Positions 27,061 through 27,615 of a DNA stretch of 27,615 nucleotides are shown here, in pieces. The notes under the pieces are model-generated. The model made no database searches. It was not told the DNA's origin and saw only the letters and a list, made by a program, of their open reading frames with translations. The DNA is from Candidatus Cloacimonadota bacterium (GTDB lineage Bacteria > Cloacimonadota > Cloacimonadia > JGIOTU-2). The DNA is taken from positions 1 to 27,615 of the forward strand of contig JBNGBT010000018.1 in the NCBI GenBank assembly GCA_049903315.1. Direction: 5' to 3'. Position numbers and translations under genes: made by a program. Within the stretch, counting starts at the first letter, position 1, and the number at the start of each line of letters is the position of its first letter.

Positions 27061-27615
27061 TTACTTTAGCATTATAAGCTTCTTTACTTCCTTTATATTT
27101 CCATTAACAATAAGCTTATAGAAATATACCCCATTCTCAAGCTCTTTACCTTGTTCATCCTTACCATCCCACATAATTGTGTGCTTGGATGTAACGCCTG
27201 AATAAAGCTTCTTAACCAACTGCCCTTTGAGATTGTAGATCGCAAGATCAACCTTGGCAATTTCGATAAGATTAAATGAGATCCTTGTTGAAGAAATAAC
27301 TGGATTGGGTTCGTTCCGGAAAAGCCCAAAACGTTCTGGGGTAGTTATTCCACTATTGCCGGAATTACCATCATCAGGTATTGCCAGAATAGCAACATTA
27401 TCGTAATGATGGATCATTCCGCTGTAATCTACAGATTCCAACCAGTAATAATATGTTTCTCCTACTTCAGGATCCTCAATATCATCTTCATAGGTATAGA
27501 ACTGCTGCTGCGTGGTTGTTCCATACCCTTCGATCATATCTGAGATTACGTCTGAGGATGAGAAATCATTCTCAATATTTCTATATACAAACCAGCCCAT
27601 GTTGTCAGTCTCAGA
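27061..27615 (-). CDS. 3' end of a secreted protein paralogous to the 25125-26909 gene (truncated by the window edge)
   Basis: The frame stays open to 27615 (SETDNMGW...) and carries the same two C-terminal modules. Confidence 0.88.
   Translation of the reverse strand, partial: SETDNMGWFVYRNIENDFSSSDVISDMIEGYGTTTQQQFYTYEDDIEDPEVGETYYYWLESVDYSGMIHHYDNVAILAIPDDGNSGNSGITTPERFGLFRNEPNPVISSTRISFNLIEIAKVDLAIYNLKGQLVKKLYSGVTSKHTIMWDGKDEQGKELENGVYFYKLIVNGNIKEVKKLIMLK

Larger units (their letters stand above)
25125..27615 (-). repeat. 555-bp direct repeat (25125-25679 and 27061-27615)
   Basis: The copies are colinear with a constant offset of 1936 bp and include a 48-bp identical run (25413-25460 = 27349-27396). 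Confidence 0.9.

Noticed and set aside
25125..27615. 555-bp repeat as a diversity-generating retroelement template/variable pair
   Set aside because: Both copies are coding C-termini, no reverse transcriptase is present, and the differences are not confined to adenines.

Overview
AT-rich bacterial window with 23 well-supported CDSs (one truncated at the right edge) and two tRNA-Ser genes. No transposase, integrase, CRISPR array or rRNA is visible. Five secreted-type proteins end in an 'N-x-PNP...YNLKGQL' sorting domain (T9SS-CTD/FlgD-Ig-like), which suggests an FCB-related lineage such as Cloacimonadota (inference). Left to right: (i) start of a polysaccharide locus (UpxY/NusG paralog, DegT aminotransferase); (ii) RRM protein, tRNA-Ser(CGA), tRNA-Ser(GGA), and tadA, whose stop codon lies inside the tRNA; (iii) a cation:proton antiporter followed by a PTS-EIIA/PII-like fusion; (iv) three CTD-bearing secreted proteins (papain-like C1A protease, beta-helix protein, Ntn hydrolase); (v) a candidate sigma54-driven unit (palindromic enhancer, -24/-12 box, 22-aa sORF, hairpin, PDZ plus beta-barrel protein, DUF4097-like lipoprotein) directly upstream of a DUF4390-like/NtrY-like/NtrX-like cluster, a PlsY-like gene and Mut7-C; (vi) elbB, a macrodomain gene, lipoproteins, a small beta-barrel protein, a serine hydrolase, a beta-propeller protein and two genes sharing a 555-bp C-terminal module. 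The strongest candidates for undescribed biology are the sigma54/sORF/PDZ-barrel envelope module, the antiporter plus EIIA-PII pair, and the tadA/tRNA overlap. All family calls come from motif recognition by eye; no searches were run.
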